Of a DNA stretch of 64,000 nucleotides, positions 31,523 to 42,798 are shown in pieces; within the stretch, counting starts at the first letter, position 1; each line of letters starts with the position of its first letter. A model generated the notes under the pieces. That model made no database searches and was not told the origin of the DNA. It saw only the letters and a program-made list of their open reading frames with translations. The DNA is from an uncultured Planctomycetales bacterium (lineage in GTDB: Bacteria > Omnitrophota > Gorgyraeia > Zapsychrales > JANLHA01). The position numbers and the translations under genes are program-made. The DNA lies in NCBI GenBank assembly GCA_964489065.1, contig CAZAXH010000005.1:90094-154093 (forward strand), read 5' to 3'.

Positions 31523-32413
31523 ATGCCCGCATCTCACATCCTTGATGGACGCTCTTTGGCGCAGGATTTGCTGGAACAAATCAGAGAGGAAGTCGTTCGT
31601 CTGCGTCAGGAGCAGGGATGCGTTCCGCATTTGGTTAATATTATGATGGGCGAGGAACCCGGGGCGTGCGCTTACGCCCGGTCGCAAAAACGGGTTGCCC
31701 AGCAGGCGGGAATTCAGTATGACCTTTTAGTGTTGCCCAAGGAAGCCAGCCAGGAAGAACTGGAAACCTTTATTCAGCGGCTTAACCATGACCCCGCCGT
31801 TAATGGGGTCATGATTCATAAGCCGTTCCCGGAGCACATCGATTATCAACGCGCGGCCAACTGCCTGGATGTGCGCAAAGACTTGGAAGGCATTAATGTC
31901 GCGAATATCGGCAAGATGCTGTTAGGCGAAACCCGCATGATTCCCTGCACGCCGGCGGCGGTCATGGAGCATTTAAAATCGACAGGGCAACCGTTGCGCG
32001 GAAAGGAAGCCGTTATCGTGGGGGCTTCACACATCGTCGGGAAACCCTTGAGCCTGTTGCTCCTGCAGGAAATGGCCACCGTCACCGTGTGCCACATCGC
32101 GACCAGTGAGGCGGGCAAGCTTCCGGCGCATGTGGGAAGGGCGGATGTCCTTATTGTTGCCGCCGGGAAACCCGGCTTGATCAAAGGGCTGTGGGTCCGG
32201 GAGGGCGCTATCGTGATTGACGTGGGGATTAATCAGGTGGGAGGCAATATTGTCGGGGACGTCGAATTTGAAACAGCGAAGGAACGGGCTTCTTTTATCA
32301 CCCCGGTCCCGGGTGGGGTGGGGCCCGTGACGGTGATGATGCTTATGCGTAACGGATTGGAAGCGTTTAAACGGCAGATTGCCGAAGGGGCGCCTTTTCA
32401 CAGGAAAGGATAG
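31523..32413 (+). CDS. folD: Bifunctional methylene-THF dehydrogenase / methenyl-THF cyclohydrolase
   Basis: FolD pattern incl. catalytic lysine region and NAD(P) Rossmann. Confidence 0.95.
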   Translation: MPASHILDGRSLAQDLLEQIREEVVRLRQEQGCVPHLVNIMMGEEPGACAYARSQKRVAQQAGIQYDLLVLPKEASQEELETFIQRLNHDPAVNGVMIHKPFPEHIDYQRAANCLDVRKDLEGINVANIGKMLLGETRMIPCTPAAVMEHLKSTGQPLRGKEAVIVGASHIVGKPLSLLLLQEMATVTVCHIATSEAGKLPAHVGRADVLIVAAGKPGLIKGLWVREGAIVIDVGINQVGGNIVGDVEFETAKERASFITPVPGGVGPVTVMMLMRNGLEAFKRQIAEGAPFHRKG

Positions 32414-32414
32414 G

Positions 32415-33710
32415 ATGAAAGAGCTGGTTATTTTAGGAAACAGTCCCGCAGGGGTTGCCTGCGTGGAAACTTTGCGCCGCGAAGGATACCAGGGCCGGGT
32501 GGTTATCATCCCGGGAGACGGGGAGTACCCGTATCGGAGGGGCATGCTGCCGGAACTTTTATCCAAGTCTGTGCCTGTTGACCGGGTTTATTGCGCTCCG
32601 GTTTCCAGCTATGAAACGCTTAACGCCCAGGTGTGCCTGAAGAAGGTTGGGCGAATCAGTCTGAAACGGCAGCATTTGACCATGGAAGACAAAGAGATGA
32701 TCCCGTTTGACTGTTGTCTGATTGAGGAGTACGGGTGGCTTCCTCCGGAGGATATGAGAGGGACCAACCGTAATGGTTTTTGGCTTATAAACAGGCTGGA
32801 CCACATTAAGGCGGCGATAAAACAATTGCTTCAGGTGGATACCGTGCTGGTTCAATCGGATTCTTGGAATGGGTTAAGGACCGTGGCAGCGTTGGCCGCC
32901 TGGAATAAAGAGGTGATTTGGGTCTGTTCCCAGGACCGGGTGCTGGCTTCTTTGGTGGATCCGGAAATTTCTTCCAGAATCGCCGCCATGGTGGAAAAGA
33001 AAGGGATCCGGGTTCTGACGGAGAATGCCATCATCGAGGTTTTGGGGGAGAGCGACGTCAAAGCCGTGCGTTTAAAATCCGGGAAAATCCTTGCGGCTCA
33101 AATGATTTTAGCGGAGTCCTATTCCCCGGATTACCGTTTGTTGAAAGATACCGAGCTTTTTGTGGACGGGGTTCTTTCTCCCGCGGGGGAAAATGGGGCG
33201 ACGTTGTGCCCCAATGTTTTTATCACCGGTCGGGGGGAAGGCCTTGCCGCTGCCTTATCGGCCTCATACAACAGTTATGATGATTATCTTGGGGAACAGG
33301 GAACCGCTGTTGCTTTGCATATGCTTAAAAAAAATATCCAGTCAAAACCAATGGTTTCTCAAACGGAGATCAATGGGCCGGGGTTTCAATTGATTTTAGT
33401 GGGCCACACCGGCCCTTGGTCAGGGCCGGCGGATGAGGTCTACCTGCGTTCGGATGAGGTCACAGATTCTTATCAGAAGTTTTATATCAGGGAAGGGGTG
33501 CTGGCAGGCGCTGTCCTCATCAACGCGGCCTTGTCCCGTTACCAGGCCCTTTCTTTAATAAATTCAAATAAAGCACTGTCGGAAGAATATCTGCAAAATC
33601 ATGGATTTGAACGGCAACCTCAGTTAGTTCAAGCTGCGAACAGGGTTTCCTTAGATGATGCCGGTTGTTTGGAGAGCGGCCAGCCCTGCGAGAATGCTCA
33701 AAATTCTTAA
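32415..33710 (+). CDS. Pyridine nucleotide-disulfide oxidoreductase-fold protein (NirB/rubredoxin-reductase-like) with degenerate dinucleotide-binding motifs; probable pseudoenzyme
   Basis: N-terminus aligns to FAD-binding Rossmann of class II FAD oxidoreductases but GxGxxG is GNSPAG, second motif SDSWNG, GD motif lost; start 2 nt after folD stop. Confidence 0.65.
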   Translation: MKELVILGNSPAGVACVETLRREGYQGRVVIIPGDGEYPYRRGMLPELLSKSVPVDRVYCAPVSSYETLNAQVCLKKVGRISLKRQHLTMEDKEMIPFDCCLIEEYGWLPPEDMRGTNRNGFWLINRLDHIKAAIKQLLQVDTVLVQSDSWNGLRTVAALAAWNKEVIWVCSQDRVLASLVDPEISSRIAAMVEKKGIRVLTENAIIEVLGESDVKAVRLKSGKILAAQMILAESYSPDYRLLKDTELFVDGVLSPAGENGATLCPNVFITGRGEGLAAALSASYNSYDDYLGEQGTAVALHMLKKNIQSKPMVSQTEINGPGFQLILVGHTGPWSGPADEVYLRSDEVTDSYQKFYIREGVLAGAVLINAALSRYQALSLINSNKALSEEYLQNHGFERQPQLVQAANRVSLDDAGCLESGQPCENAQNS

Positions 33711-33779
33711 AAGCGGCCCATGGCGCCCCTGATGCGGCCGTGGGTGCATTAAATATTTTTTCTTGCCAAAATTAAAAAT

Positions 33780-34628
33780 ATGTATTATCTTTACTCTAAG
33801 AAAGCGTTAGGAATAGCCCTTTGGAGATTGTCCGCATTTTTTCTCATTTCCGTATTAACCTTTCAATCAAATACATTTGCCCAAAAGCCTGAAACACCGA
33901 TTCAGAATTATCGCGCTCAAGGATATGAAGAACAAAAGAAAGGCAATTTTGATAAAGCGTTAGCTTTTTACACGAAAGCCTTAGAAATCGGGAAAGAAAG
34001 CGAAATCTTATATAATGATATCGGGGTTATATATGAACAATTGGGGGATTGGCAGCAGGCCAGGGCGTATTATCTGAAGGCGGTCAAACATAATCCCGAT
34101 TACTTGCCCCCGTATACAAATCTTGCTTACCTGTATCAGACGTTAGGTGATGTTCGGAACGCAGAAAATTATTTCCGGGAGCGGTATCTCCGGGCCCCGG
34201 AAGGAGACCCGTGGAAGGAAGCGGCGCAGAAGGAGCTCCTGAGAATTAATCCGTATTTCAAACAGGAACTCACCAGGAAAAAAGCGGATCAGCTTGCCGA
34301 TGAGTTGGTCCTGCAGGCCCATGAGGAATTCAGCTTGCAGGTTCGGCGGGCGGAAAATCACTATCAAGCCGGGGAAGCTTTCTTGGAAAGAAAAAACTAC
34401 CAAGAAGCGCTCACGGAGTTTAACCGGGCTTTGCTTCTCACTCCGGGGAATCCCAAGATCATAAGAGCCCAGCAGCAAGCCTGTTATTTGCAGAAGACAG
34501 ATAAGGTAAAATTTTTAGCTCATGATGCTATGGAACGTTTGGATGCGGGGGACATAAATGCCGCCAGAGACATGTTTAAGGAAATACTCTCCTTGCTCCC
34601 TGAATACTCAAATCAACCTTTAGAATAA
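33780..34628 (+). CDS. Secreted TPR-repeat protein
   Basis: Signal peptide; several TPR-like 34-mers (..YNDIGVIYEQLGDWQQARAYYLKAVKHNPDY..). Confidence 0.7.
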   Translation: MYYLYSKKALGIALWRLSAFFLISVLTFQSNTFAQKPETPIQNYRAQGYEEQKKGNFDKALAFYTKALEIGKESEILYNDIGVIYEQLGDWQQARAYYLKAVKHNPDYLPPYTNLAYLYQTLGDVRNAENYFRERYLRAPEGDPWKEAAQKELLRINPYFKQELTRKKADQLADELVLQAHEEFSLQVRRAENHYQAGEAFLERKNYQEALTEFNRALLLTPGNPKIIRAQQQACYLQKTDKVKFLAHDAMERLDAGDINAARDMFKEILSLLPEYSNQPLE

Positions 34629-34679
34629 TTCAATTTTATCGATATTAAACACGACATAATTTCATGGAACTAGGCCTGG

Positions 34680-37250
34680 ATGGAACTCTACTTGATTGAT
34701 GCGCACGCACTGTGCTACCGCTCCTTTTATGCCATCAAGGATTTGGCCAACAGTAAGGGCCAGAAAACCAACGCGGTCTACGGTTTTGTCAGCACATTGA
34801 AAAAATTGCTCCGGGAACGGCGGCCGGAATATATGGCGGTCTGTTTTGATTCGCCGGCCCGGACCCGCCGGCAGGAGAAATACGCGGATTATAAAATTCA
34901 GCGGCCCAGTATGCCCGATGATCTGCGCTCCCAACTGCCGCTGATTAAGGATGTTGTGACGGGCTACCGGATTCCGGTCCTGGAATATCAAGGATACGAG
35001 GCGGATGACATTATCGCGACGCTCGCCGGGCTTTTTTCCTCATCCGGGAAGGACGTCGTTATTGTCAGCGATGATAAGGATATGTTTCAGCTCGTTAACG
35101 ATCATGTGCGTATTTTAAGCATCCGGAAAGATTCCCTCATCGACGCGGGCGCCGTCAAAGAATTGCTGGGCGTGGACCCGGAATTCGTGACGGATTTCAT
35201 CGCTTTGGCGGGCGATAAGGTGGATAACATCCCCGGGGTCCGGGGTATCGGGGAGGCTTCGGCCCGGCATTTGATCGAGCGCTACGGTCATCTGGAGGAG
35301 ATGTACCGGAATTTGGACAGGGTGGATCCGAAGTCCCTCCGGGAGCGGCTGGAAGCGCATAAGGAAGAAGCTTTGTTATCGAAGGAACTGGCGGAACTGG
35401 ATGCCAGGGTGCCGGGGGAATTCCGTATCGAGGACATGCGGGTGGAGGTCCCGGACCATCACGAACTGCTGCGGATTTTTTCCGATCTCGAATTTAAGCG
35501 TTTTGTCATGGACCTGCGCGAACAGGTCCCGCAGGAAGAAGAGGACGCGTCGCTCGGCGATGTTCAGGTGCGCGGAGCGGAGGATATGGAGGCGATCCGG
35601 GAGGCCGTTCTGGCGGCCCGGGAATTCACGTTTCTTTTTGGCGGGTCCGAGAGTGAAGAGATATGGTTTGAGAAAAATTTTTTTATCGCTTGTTCTCCGG
35701 ACCAGGTCTGGAAACTGCCCCTGTCATCAGCCCCGGCCTTGAAATCCTTGTTTGCGGATGACGCAATCAGGAAGAACACCTTTGATTATAAAATGATGCT
35801 CAAGAGGCTGGCTACTTTGGGGATGTCTGTGTCGGGGGATGTTTTTGACGCGAAACTGGCCGCGTATCTCCTCTCTCCGGCCCGGGGGAACGAGGGGATA
35901 TGGGATCTGGGGTGGGAGTATTTAAAGCTCACGCCGGGAAAAGCGGGGGACGGAGGCGAACAGGCACGCGTTTTATTGCGGCTGATCGAACCCTTGCGGG
36001 CCGAACTGGTTAAGCATAATCTGGTGAAATTATACGCGGATATCGAAATCCCTCTTTCCAAGGTGTTGTGGGCGATGGAAGAAGAGGGAGTTAAGGTGGA
36101 TGTTGATCATTTGAAAAATTTGTCCGGGGAATGCGACCGGCGGATAACGGCCTTGCATCAGGAACTTTTTGCCCTGGCCGGGGAAGAATTTAACCTCAAT
36201 TCTCCCAAACAGCTGAGCCATATTCTGTTCACGCGGCTCAAACTCCCGGCGCTGAAACGGACTAAAACCGGGTACTCCACCAATGAGGAAGTCTTGACGC
36301 GTTTGGCGTCGCATCATCCGCTCCCGGCTTTGATCCTGGAGTACCGGCAGCTGGCTAAACTCAAATCAACATATATTGATGCGCTCCCTAAATTGGTGGA
36401 TTCCCGTACCCGGCGCATTCACGCGACGTTTAATCAAACCGGGACGGAAACAGGCCGATTGAGTTCCAATAATCCTAATTTACAGAATATCCCGGTCCGG
36501 ACCGAGCTGGGACGGGAGATCCGCAAGGCGTTTATCCCGTCCCAGGAGGGGCATTGGATTGTTTCGGCGGATTATTCGCAGATAGAGTTGCGGGTATTGG
36601 CGCATTTGTCCAAAGATGACAACCTCCTGAAGGCTTTTCGCCAGGATCAGGATATTCATACCTATACGGCCGGCTTGATTTTCGACGTTCCCGAACCGGA
36701 GGTTTCCTCCGACATGCGCGCGTCTGCTAAGCGCGTGAATTTCGGGATTATTTACGGGATGAGCGCTTTTGGGTTGGCCAAGGATCTGAATATCCCCCAG
36801 CCCCAGGCTGCGGACTTTATTGACCGGTATTTTTTAAGGTATCCGCGCGTGAAGACGTTTATGGACGAGCAGGTGCGGGAATGTGAAGAAAAGGGGTATG
36901 TCATGACGTTATTGCAGCGCCGGCGTTATATCCCGGACATTCTTAGCCGGAATATGGCGGTTCGCCAATTCGCGCAGCGGCAGGCCGTTAACACGCCGGT
37001 CCAGGGCACGGCGGCTGACATGATCAAGCTGGCCATGATCAGAATTTATGAAGAGATGAGTAAGCGCCGGTTGCGGTCCCGGATGATTATTACGGTCCAT
37101 GATGAGCTGGTTTTTGATGTTCCGGATGATGAGAAAGAGGGGTTAATCCCTTTGGTCAGGGGCTTGATGGAAAATACGCTTACGCTGGACGTCCCCATCA
37201 AGGTGAGCATTAAATACGGCCCCAACTGGCTTCAGACACAGAAAATATAA
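34680..37250 (+). CDS. polA: DNA polymerase I (5'-3' exonuclease + polymerase; compact 856 aa, 3'-5' exonuclease region likely vestigial)
   Basis: FEN-like N-terminus, polymerase motifs A (DYSQIELR), B (RRxAKxxNFGxxYG), C (HDE). Confidence 0.95.
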   Translation: MELYLIDAHALCYRSFYAIKDLANSKGQKTNAVYGFVSTLKKLLRERRPEYMAVCFDSPARTRRQEKYADYKIQRPSMPDDLRSQLPLIKDVVTGYRIPVLEYQGYEADDIIATLAGLFSSSGKDVVIVSDDKDMFQLVNDHVRILSIRKDSLIDAGAVKELLGVDPEFVTDFIALAGDKVDNIPGVRGIGEASARHLIERYGHLEEMYRNLDRVDPKSLRERLEAHKEEALLSKELAELDARVPGEFRIEDMRVEVPDHHELLRIFSDLEFKRFVMDLREQVPQEEEDASLGDVQVRGAEDMEAIREAVLAAREFTFLFGGSESEEIWFEKNFFIACSPDQVWKLPLSSAPALKSLFADDAIRKNTFDYKMMLKRLATLGMSVSGDVFDAKLAAYLLSPARGNEGIWDLGWEYLKLTPGKAGDGGEQARVLLRLIEPLRAELVKHNLVKLYADIEIPLSKVLWAMEEEGVKVDVDHLKNLSGECDRRITALHQELFALAGEEFNLNSPKQLSHILFTRLKLPALKRTKTGYSTNEEVLTRLASHHPLPALILEYRQLAKLKSTYIDALPKLVDSRTRRIHATFNQTGTETGRLSSNNPNLQNIPVRTELGREIRKAFIPSQEGHWIVSADYSQIELRVLAHLSKDDNLLKAFRQDQDIHTYTAGLIFDVPEPEVSSDMRASAKRVNFGIIYGMSAFGLAKDLNIPQPQAADFIDRYFLRYPRVKTFMDEQVRECEEKGYVMTLLQRRRYIPDILSRNMAVRQFAQRQAVNTPVQGTAADMIKLAMIRIYEEMSKRRLRSRMIITVHDELVFDVPDDEKEGLIPLVRGLMENTLTLDVPIKVSIKYGPNWLQTQKI

Positions 37251-37268
37251 AGCGGGACGGGAAAAAAT

Positions 37269-37898
37269 ATGCTGATTATCGGAGTGACAGGCAGTTACGG
37301 AACGGGAAAGTCGACGGTTTCGGCGATGTTCGCAGATCTGGGGGCCCCGGTGATTGATTCGGATCGTATCGTCCATGCCCTGCTGGCGATGCGGGGGCGG
37401 TGTTACCGGGCGATTGTCCGGGAGTTCGGGCCCGGTATTTTAACGGCAGGCGGGGATATTGACCGGAAGAAATTGTCCGGCCGTGTTTTTCAGGATTCCC
37501 GGCAGAGAAAAGTTCTGGAATCGATTGTGCATCCGGAGGTTATCCGGGATATCAGAAAGCAGTTAGCTGAACTTAAAAAGGATAAGAATATCAGGGCCGT
37601 AGTGCTGGACATCCCGCTTTTGTTTGAGGCGGGTCTCCAAGCGCTTGTGGACATGACCGTTGTGGTCCGGGCGACCCAAAAAGAGCAGTTGTTGAGAACG
37701 GCGTCGAGGACTGTCTTGACCCGTTCCGACAGATTAAAAAGAATCCGGGCGCAGATGCCTTTGCGGGAAAAGATGCGCCAGGCGGATATTATTATAGACA
37801 ACCGGGGCCCCATTTCCAACACCCGGTTTCAGGTTATTCAAATCTGGGAGGAATATGTTTTGGGGGTTCCCAAAAATAAGACAAAAAGGAAGCATTAA
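37269..37898 (+). CDS. coaE: Dephospho-CoA kinase
   Basis: P-loop [12 protein letters not shown]; classic polA-coaE adjacency. Confidence 0.85.
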   Translation: MLIIGVTGSYGTGKSTVSAMFADLGAPVIDSDRIVHALLAMRGRCYRAIVREFGPGILTAGGDIDRKKLSGRVFQDSRQRKVLESIVHPEVIRDIRKQLAELKKDKNIRAVVLDIPLLFEAGLQALVDMTVVVRATQKEQLLRTASRTVLTRSDRLKRIRAQMPLREKMRQADIIIDNRGPISNTRFQVIQIWEEYVLGVPKNKTKRKH

Positions 37899-37920
37899 TA
37901 CGATGAGGGGGGTAAAAAGT

Positions 37921-39273
37921 ATGCAGAGAGTTTCAACAAAGACACCGGCAGATAAGGTTAAGAAAAAGGAAAGTGTGGATGAGGTAAAAACGTCCAACGG
38001 CACCAGCGGGGACCAGAGCGAACAGCTTGACATCGGAACGCTGAAGGACATGAAAGTGTCGGAACTCAGCAAGCTGGCCAAAGAAATGGATATTAACGGG
38101 ATCAGCGGCAGTAAAAAACAGGATTTGATTTTTAAAATTCTGCAGAAAAAAGCGGAGAAGGCCGGGTTGATGTATGGGGAAGGGACGCTGGAAATCCTCT
38201 CCGAAGGGTTTGGTTTTCTGCGCAGCGCCAATTATAACTATCTCCCGTGCCCGGATGATATTTATATTTCCCCCTCCCAGATCAGGCGGTTTGATTTAAA
38301 AACAGGGGATATCGTCAGCGGCCACATCCGTCCGCCCAAAGAAGGGGAAAAGTACTTTGCCCTTTTAAAAGTGGAGGCGGTCAATTATGAAAATCCCGAA
38401 AAATGCAAAGATAAAATCTTTTTTGACAATCTGACCCCGCTTTATCCGCATGAACGTATTGTTTTAGAGACGGAAGCCAATGAAGTGTCCATGCGGATTA
38501 TGGATCTTTTAACCCCGATCGGAAAAGGTCAGCGGGCGCTGATCGTCGCTCCCCCTTACAGCGGGAAAACCGTTTTGCTGCAGAAGATCGCGAATTCCAT
38601 CACCAAAAACAACCCGGACGTTATTTTGATCGTTTTGCTGATCGATGAGCGCCCCGAGGAGGTGACGGATATGCAGCGCAGCGTTAAGGGCGAGGTTATC
38701 GCGTCCACCTTCGACGAGCCGGCGGAGCGCCATGTGCAGATCGCGGAAATTGTTTTAGAGAAAGCAAAAAGATTGGTCGAACATAAACGGGATGTGGTAA
38801 TATTGTTGGACAGTATCACCCGTTTGGCGAGGGCTTATAACACGGTTGTCCCCCACAGCGGGAAAATCCTGTCTGGCGGGGTTGATTCCAACGCTTTGCA
38901 TAAACCCAAACGGTTTTTCGGGGCGGCCCGCGCTTTGGACGAAGGCGGTAGCTTGACGATCATTTCCACGGCTCTGGTGGATACCGGCAGCCGTATGGAT
39001 GAGGTCATTTTTGAGGAGTTTAAGGGCACCGGCAACATGGAGCTCCAACTGGACCGGAACCTGTTTCAGCGGCGGATTTATCCGGCCATTGACATTAAGC
39101 GTTCTAATACGCGGCATGAAGAATTGCTCCTGGCCGAGGATGTCCTGCAGCGGATTTGGCTGCTGAGGAAAGCGATCAATGACCTGAATTCGGCGGAATC
39201 GATGGAGCTTCTTATTGATAAAATATCGAAGTTTAAAAGCAACACAGAGTTTCTGCAAAACATGAACAAATAA
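37921..39273 (+). CDS. rho: Transcription termination factor Rho (start at MQRVSTK after RBS GAGGGGGG)
   Basis: Rho N-terminal domain, CSD/RNA-binding, RecA-like ATPase Walker A PPYSGKT. Confidence 0.95.
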   Translation: MQRVSTKTPADKVKKKESVDEVKTSNGTSGDQSEQLDIGTLKDMKVSELSKLAKEMDINGISGSKKQDLIFKILQKKAEKAGLMYGEGTLEILSEGFGFLRSANYNYLPCPDDIYISPSQIRRFDLKTGDIVSGHIRPPKEGEKYFALLKVEAVNYENPEKCKDKIFFDNLTPLYPHERIVLETEANEVSMRIMDLLTPIGKGQRALIVAPPYSGKTVLLQKIANSITKNNPDVILIVLLIDERPEEVTDMQRSVKGEVIASTFDEPAERHVQIAEIVLEKAKRLVEHKRDVVILLDSITRLARAYNTVVPHSGKILSGGVDSNALHKPKRFFGAARALDEGGSLTIISTALVDTGSRMDEVIFEEFKGTGNMELQLDRNLFQRRIYPAIDIKRSNTRHEELLLAEDVLQRIWLLRKAINDLNSAESMELLIDKISKFKSNTEFLQNMNK

Positions 39274-39357
39274 ACAAGGCCTAGAGTTGCTAAGCCCTGT
39301 GCGGCAAATACACGTTTGGAGCAGAGAGGCCGCAAGAGACCCTTAAAGGAGGATATG

Positions 39358-39567
39358 ATGAAAGAAAAAATTCATCCGGAATACCATGAAACCACGATTA
39401 CCTGCGCCTGCGGGGAAGTGATTCATACGCGTTCCACCAAGAAGAACATCCGTGTTGAGATTTGCTCTCAATGCCATCCGTTTTTTACCGGAGAGAAGAA
39501 ATATGTTGACTCGGCCGGTCGTATCGAACGCTTTAAACAGCGTTATCAGGGGGCAAAAAATAAATAA
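39358..39567 (+). CDS. rpmE: 50S ribosomal protein L31 (zinc-binding type)
   Basis: MKEKIHPEY start, CxxC..CxxC ribbon; RBS AAAGGAGG. Confidence 0.9.
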   Translation: MKEKIHPEYHETTITCACGEVIHTRSTKKNIRVEICSQCHPFFTGEKKYVDSAGRIERFKQRYQGAKNK

Positions 39568-39617
39568 AAATTTTGGGGGACAAAAAATAATAAAGGCCGG
39601 TTCCCGGGGTGCGTTTT

Positions 39618-40685
39618 ATGGAAGAAAAACTCAATAAGGCGTTAGAACGTTATCATAGCTTGGAACAGCAATTGGGTGATCCTAACGTGATTGGTGATCA
39701 GAGTTTATATCAGAAGCTCGCCAAAGAATTCTCATCTTTAACTCCTCTCGTGGAGGCATACCGGCAATATAAAAAAATCGAGCAGCAGGTTTCTGATTTA
39801 CGCCAGTTACTTAAGGAGAAGCATGATCGGGATTTCGAAGAACTGGCGCGGGCAGAATATAAAGAGCTGACCCAGAAATTGGCAGCCCAGGAAAGCGTGC
39901 TGAAGGAATTGCTTTATCCTAAGAAAGAAGAGGCCTCCCGGGATTTAATTATAGAAATCCGTGCCGGTACAGGCGGGCAGGAAGCCAGTTTGTTTGCCGC
40001 GGATCTCTACCGGATGTATATCAAATATGCCGAAAAAAAGGGGTGGAAAGCCGAGCCGATGAGTGAACATGAATCGGAAACCGGGGGCTTCAAAGAGGTG
40101 GTGTTCAGCATCAGCGGGAAAGGCGCTTCTAAAAATTTGAAGTATGAAAGCGGGGCGCACCGGGTTCAGCGTGTTCCGGTTACGGAGGCCTCGGGGCGTA
40201 TTCATACGTCCGCGGCGACGGTGGCGGTCCTGTTTGAACCGGAAGAAGTGGAAGTGTCCATTGATCCCAAGGATTTGAAAATTGATGTATTCCGTTCCTC
40301 CGGACCCGGCGGACAGAGTGTTAATACGACCGACTCCGCGATCCGGATCACGCATTTCCCTACGGGTATTGTTGTGATCTGTCAGGATGAACGCTCGCAG
40401 TTGAAAAACAAAATGAAAGCGATGAGGGTCCTCCGAGCCCGGATTCTGGACAAGATTCAGCAGGAGAACCAGGATAAGGCGACCCGGGACAGGAAAGCGA
40501 AAGTGGGGACCGGCGATCGTAGCGAAAAAATCAGAACTTATAATTTCCCGGACCGCCGTGTGACGGATCACCGGATCGGGTTCACGACGCATCAGCTGCA
40601 AAGCGTTCTGGATGGGGATATGGATCCGATTATCGATGCTTTGTTGCAGGCGGAATCCGAACTTGAGGCCCAGCATCATGAATGA
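39618..40685 (+). CDS. prfA: Peptide chain release factor 1
   Basis: PxT tripeptide anticodon region and GGQ motif (SGPGGQSVN). Confidence 0.95.
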   Translation: MEEKLNKALERYHSLEQQLGDPNVIGDQSLYQKLAKEFSSLTPLVEAYRQYKKIEQQVSDLRQLLKEKHDRDFEELARAEYKELTQKLAAQESVLKELLYPKKEEASRDLIIEIRAGTGGQEASLFAADLYRMYIKYAEKKGWKAEPMSEHESETGGFKEVVFSISGKGASKNLKYESGAHRVQRVPVTEASGRIHTSAATVAVLFEPEEVEVSIDPKDLKIDVFRSSGPGGQSVNTTDSAIRITHFPTGIVVICQDERSQLKNKMKAMRVLRARILDKIQQENQDKATRDRKAKVGTGDRSEKIRTYNFPDRRVTDHRIGFTTHQLQSVLDGDMDPIIDALLQAESELEAQHHE

Positions 40686-41478
40686 GCTGGAACTGATTCA
40701 AACGTCTGTGCTAAATTGCCGGCGCATTGACCTTTATGTCGAGGCGCCGGTGCTTACGGAGGGGCAGAAAGAGGCCATCCGACGTATTCAGCAGAGACGG
40801 CTGCGGGGAGAGCCGTTGCAGTATATTTTGGGCGAAGCGGATTTTATGGGAAGGGTGTTTTACGTCAACCCGAGTGTCCTGATTCCCCGCCCTGAAACCG
40901 AGATTTTGGTTGAGACAGCTTTGTCTTTGGCGTCCCCCATGGACGCTCGGGCGCTTCGTGTTTTAGACTTGGGGACCGGGTCGGGGAATGTCGCGGTGAG
41001 CTGTGCTGTCCTGATTCAAAATGTTGTGGTGGACAGCGTGGATATTTCTCCGGAGGCCCTGGAGGTCGCGGCGGGTAACGCCCGGAAACATCAGGTGGAA
41101 GAAAATATCCGGTTCGTGCGTCAGGATATGCGGCTTTTTCTGGAGGCAGCGGCGCTCCGGGAGCCGTATGATATGATTTTGGCTAATCCGCCGTATGTCC
41201 CGTCTTATGATATGGATGCGTTGCCCGTGGATGTCCGGCAGGAACCGCGGTTGGCGTTGGACGGCGGGGAGGACGGGATGGCCTTTTTAAAAGATATTCT
41301 TCGTTTGGGCCCGGCGTCTTTGAAGCCGGGAGGTTTTCTGCTAATGGAAATCGGGGACGGCCAGGCGAAATTCCTAGAAAAATACCTTGAAAATAATCCC
41401 CCTTTTTGCGAGTATGAATTTAAAAAAGATTATTGTGCCGTGCCTCGTATTTTGGTTGCTAGAAGAAGCGCGCGTTAA
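40678..41478 (+). CDS. prmC: Release factor glutamine N5-methyltransferase PrmC/HemK
   Basis: SAM motif LDLGTGSG and NPPY; start overlaps prfA stop (ATGAATGA). Confidence 0.85.
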   Translation: MNELELIQTSVLNCRRIDLYVEAPVLTEGQKEAIRRIQQRRLRGEPLQYILGEADFMGRVFYVNPSVLIPRPETEILVETALSLASPMDARALRVLDLGTGSGNVAVSCAVLIQNVVVDSVDISPEALEVAAGNARKHQVEENIRFVRQDMRLFLEAAALREPYDMILANPPYVPSYDMDALPVDVRQEPRLALDGGEDGMAFLKDILRLGPASLKPGGFLLMEIGDGQAKFLEKYLENNPPFCEYEFKKDYCAVPRILVARRSAR

Positions 41479-41514
41479 AACCGGAATGCCGGCCGTTTAA
41501 CCAAAGAAGATCTT

Positions 41515-42777
41515 ATGGAAAAATTAATTATAGAAGGGAATCGCCCCCTAAAAGGCGAAATAAAAATCAGCGGTTCCAAAAACGCAACCCTGCCGATTCT
41601 TGCCGCCACTCTTCTCACCGACGATCCCTGCGTCATCAGGAATGTCCCGCGTTTACGGGACACCCTGACGATGATCAAGCTGCTTATTTCACTGGGGAAA
41701 AAGGTGGATTTTACCGGGGATACTTTGACCATCACCTCGACCGGATCTCCGCAGTCCTTCGCGGACTACGCGCTTGTTTCAACGATGCGGGGGTCGTTCT
41801 GCGTGTTGGGCCCGTTGCTGGCGAAAATGAAACAAGCCAAGGTGTCGTTGCCAGGAGGCTGCGTCATCGGCGTCAGGCCGGTCGATCTGCACATGAAGGG
41901 CTTGAAAAGTCTGGGCGCCAGGATGCATATTGAGAACGGTTATGTCTGCGCCGAAGCCAAGGAACTGGTCGGCCAGCACATTTATCTGGGGGGGGATTTC
42001 GGCCCGTCGGTCTTGGCGACCGCCAACGTGATGATGGCGGCCGTGCTGGCCAAGGGGGAAACGGTCATCGCCTCGGCGGCCTGCGAACCGGAGATGGAGG
42101 ATTTGGCCCGCTGTTTAAAAGCCATGGGCGCGGACATCGAGGGCATCGGTTCTCCCGGGCTGACGATCCGGGGGGTTAAAGCGTTGCGTGGCGTGGAATA
42201 TGATATTATCCCGGACCGGATCGAGGCGGGGACGTATATAGTGTTGGCCGCGGCGACTAAAGGTCATTTGACGCTGAAGCATGTCAATGCGGCGCATCTC
42301 CTAGCTCTGATCGACAAACTCACGGAAGTCGGGGTCAAGTTTAAAATCGAAGGGGATACGGTGTGGATCCGCAGTACGACGACGTATCAGCCGACCAGTG
42401 TCACGACCTATCCTTATCCGGGATTCCCGACGGACTTGCAGGCGCAGTTTATGGCGCTGATGGCGTTGACGCCGGGTGTGAGTATCATCACGGACAAGGT
42501 TTTTCCGGACCGGTTTATCCATATCGCGGAATTAAACCGTATGGGAGCCAATATCCGTCGTGACGGGAACACGGCGATTATCGAAGGCGTTAAAACGTTA
42601 TTTGGCGCTCCGGTCATGGCTTCGGATTTAAGGGCCTCCGCAGCGCTGGTGATCGCGGGGCTGGCTGCCAAGGGAAAGACGGAGATACACCGGATTTATC
42701 ATTTGGACCGCGGGTACGAAGACCTTGATGCGAAACTGACCGCCTTGGGTGCCAAGGTTTACCGGGAGCAGGAATAA
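41515..42777 (+). CDS. murA: UDP-N-acetylglucosamine 1-carboxyvinyltransferase
   Basis: Full-length EPT fold with active-site Cys region (..LPGGCVIG..). Confidence 0.95.
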   Translation: MEKLIIEGNRPLKGEIKISGSKNATLPILAATLLTDDPCVIRNVPRLRDTLTMIKLLISLGKKVDFTGDTLTITSTGSPQSFADYALVSTMRGSFCVLGPLLAKMKQAKVSLPGGCVIGVRPVDLHMKGLKSLGARMHIENGYVCAEAKELVGQHIYLGGDFGPSVLATANVMMAAVLAKGETVIASAACEPEMEDLARCLKAMGADIEGIGSPGLTIRGVKALRGVEYDIIPDRIEAGTYIVLAAATKGHLTLKHVNAAHLLALIDKLTEVGVKFKIEGDTVWIRSTTTYQPTSVTTYPYPGFPTDLQAQFMALMALTPGVSIITDKVFPDRFIHIAELNRMGANIRRDGNTAIIEGVKTLFGAPVMASDLRASAALVIAGLAAKGKTEIHRIYHLDRGYEDLDAKLTALGAKVYREQE

Positions 42778-42798
42778 AACATTTGCGGTGAGAAATCC

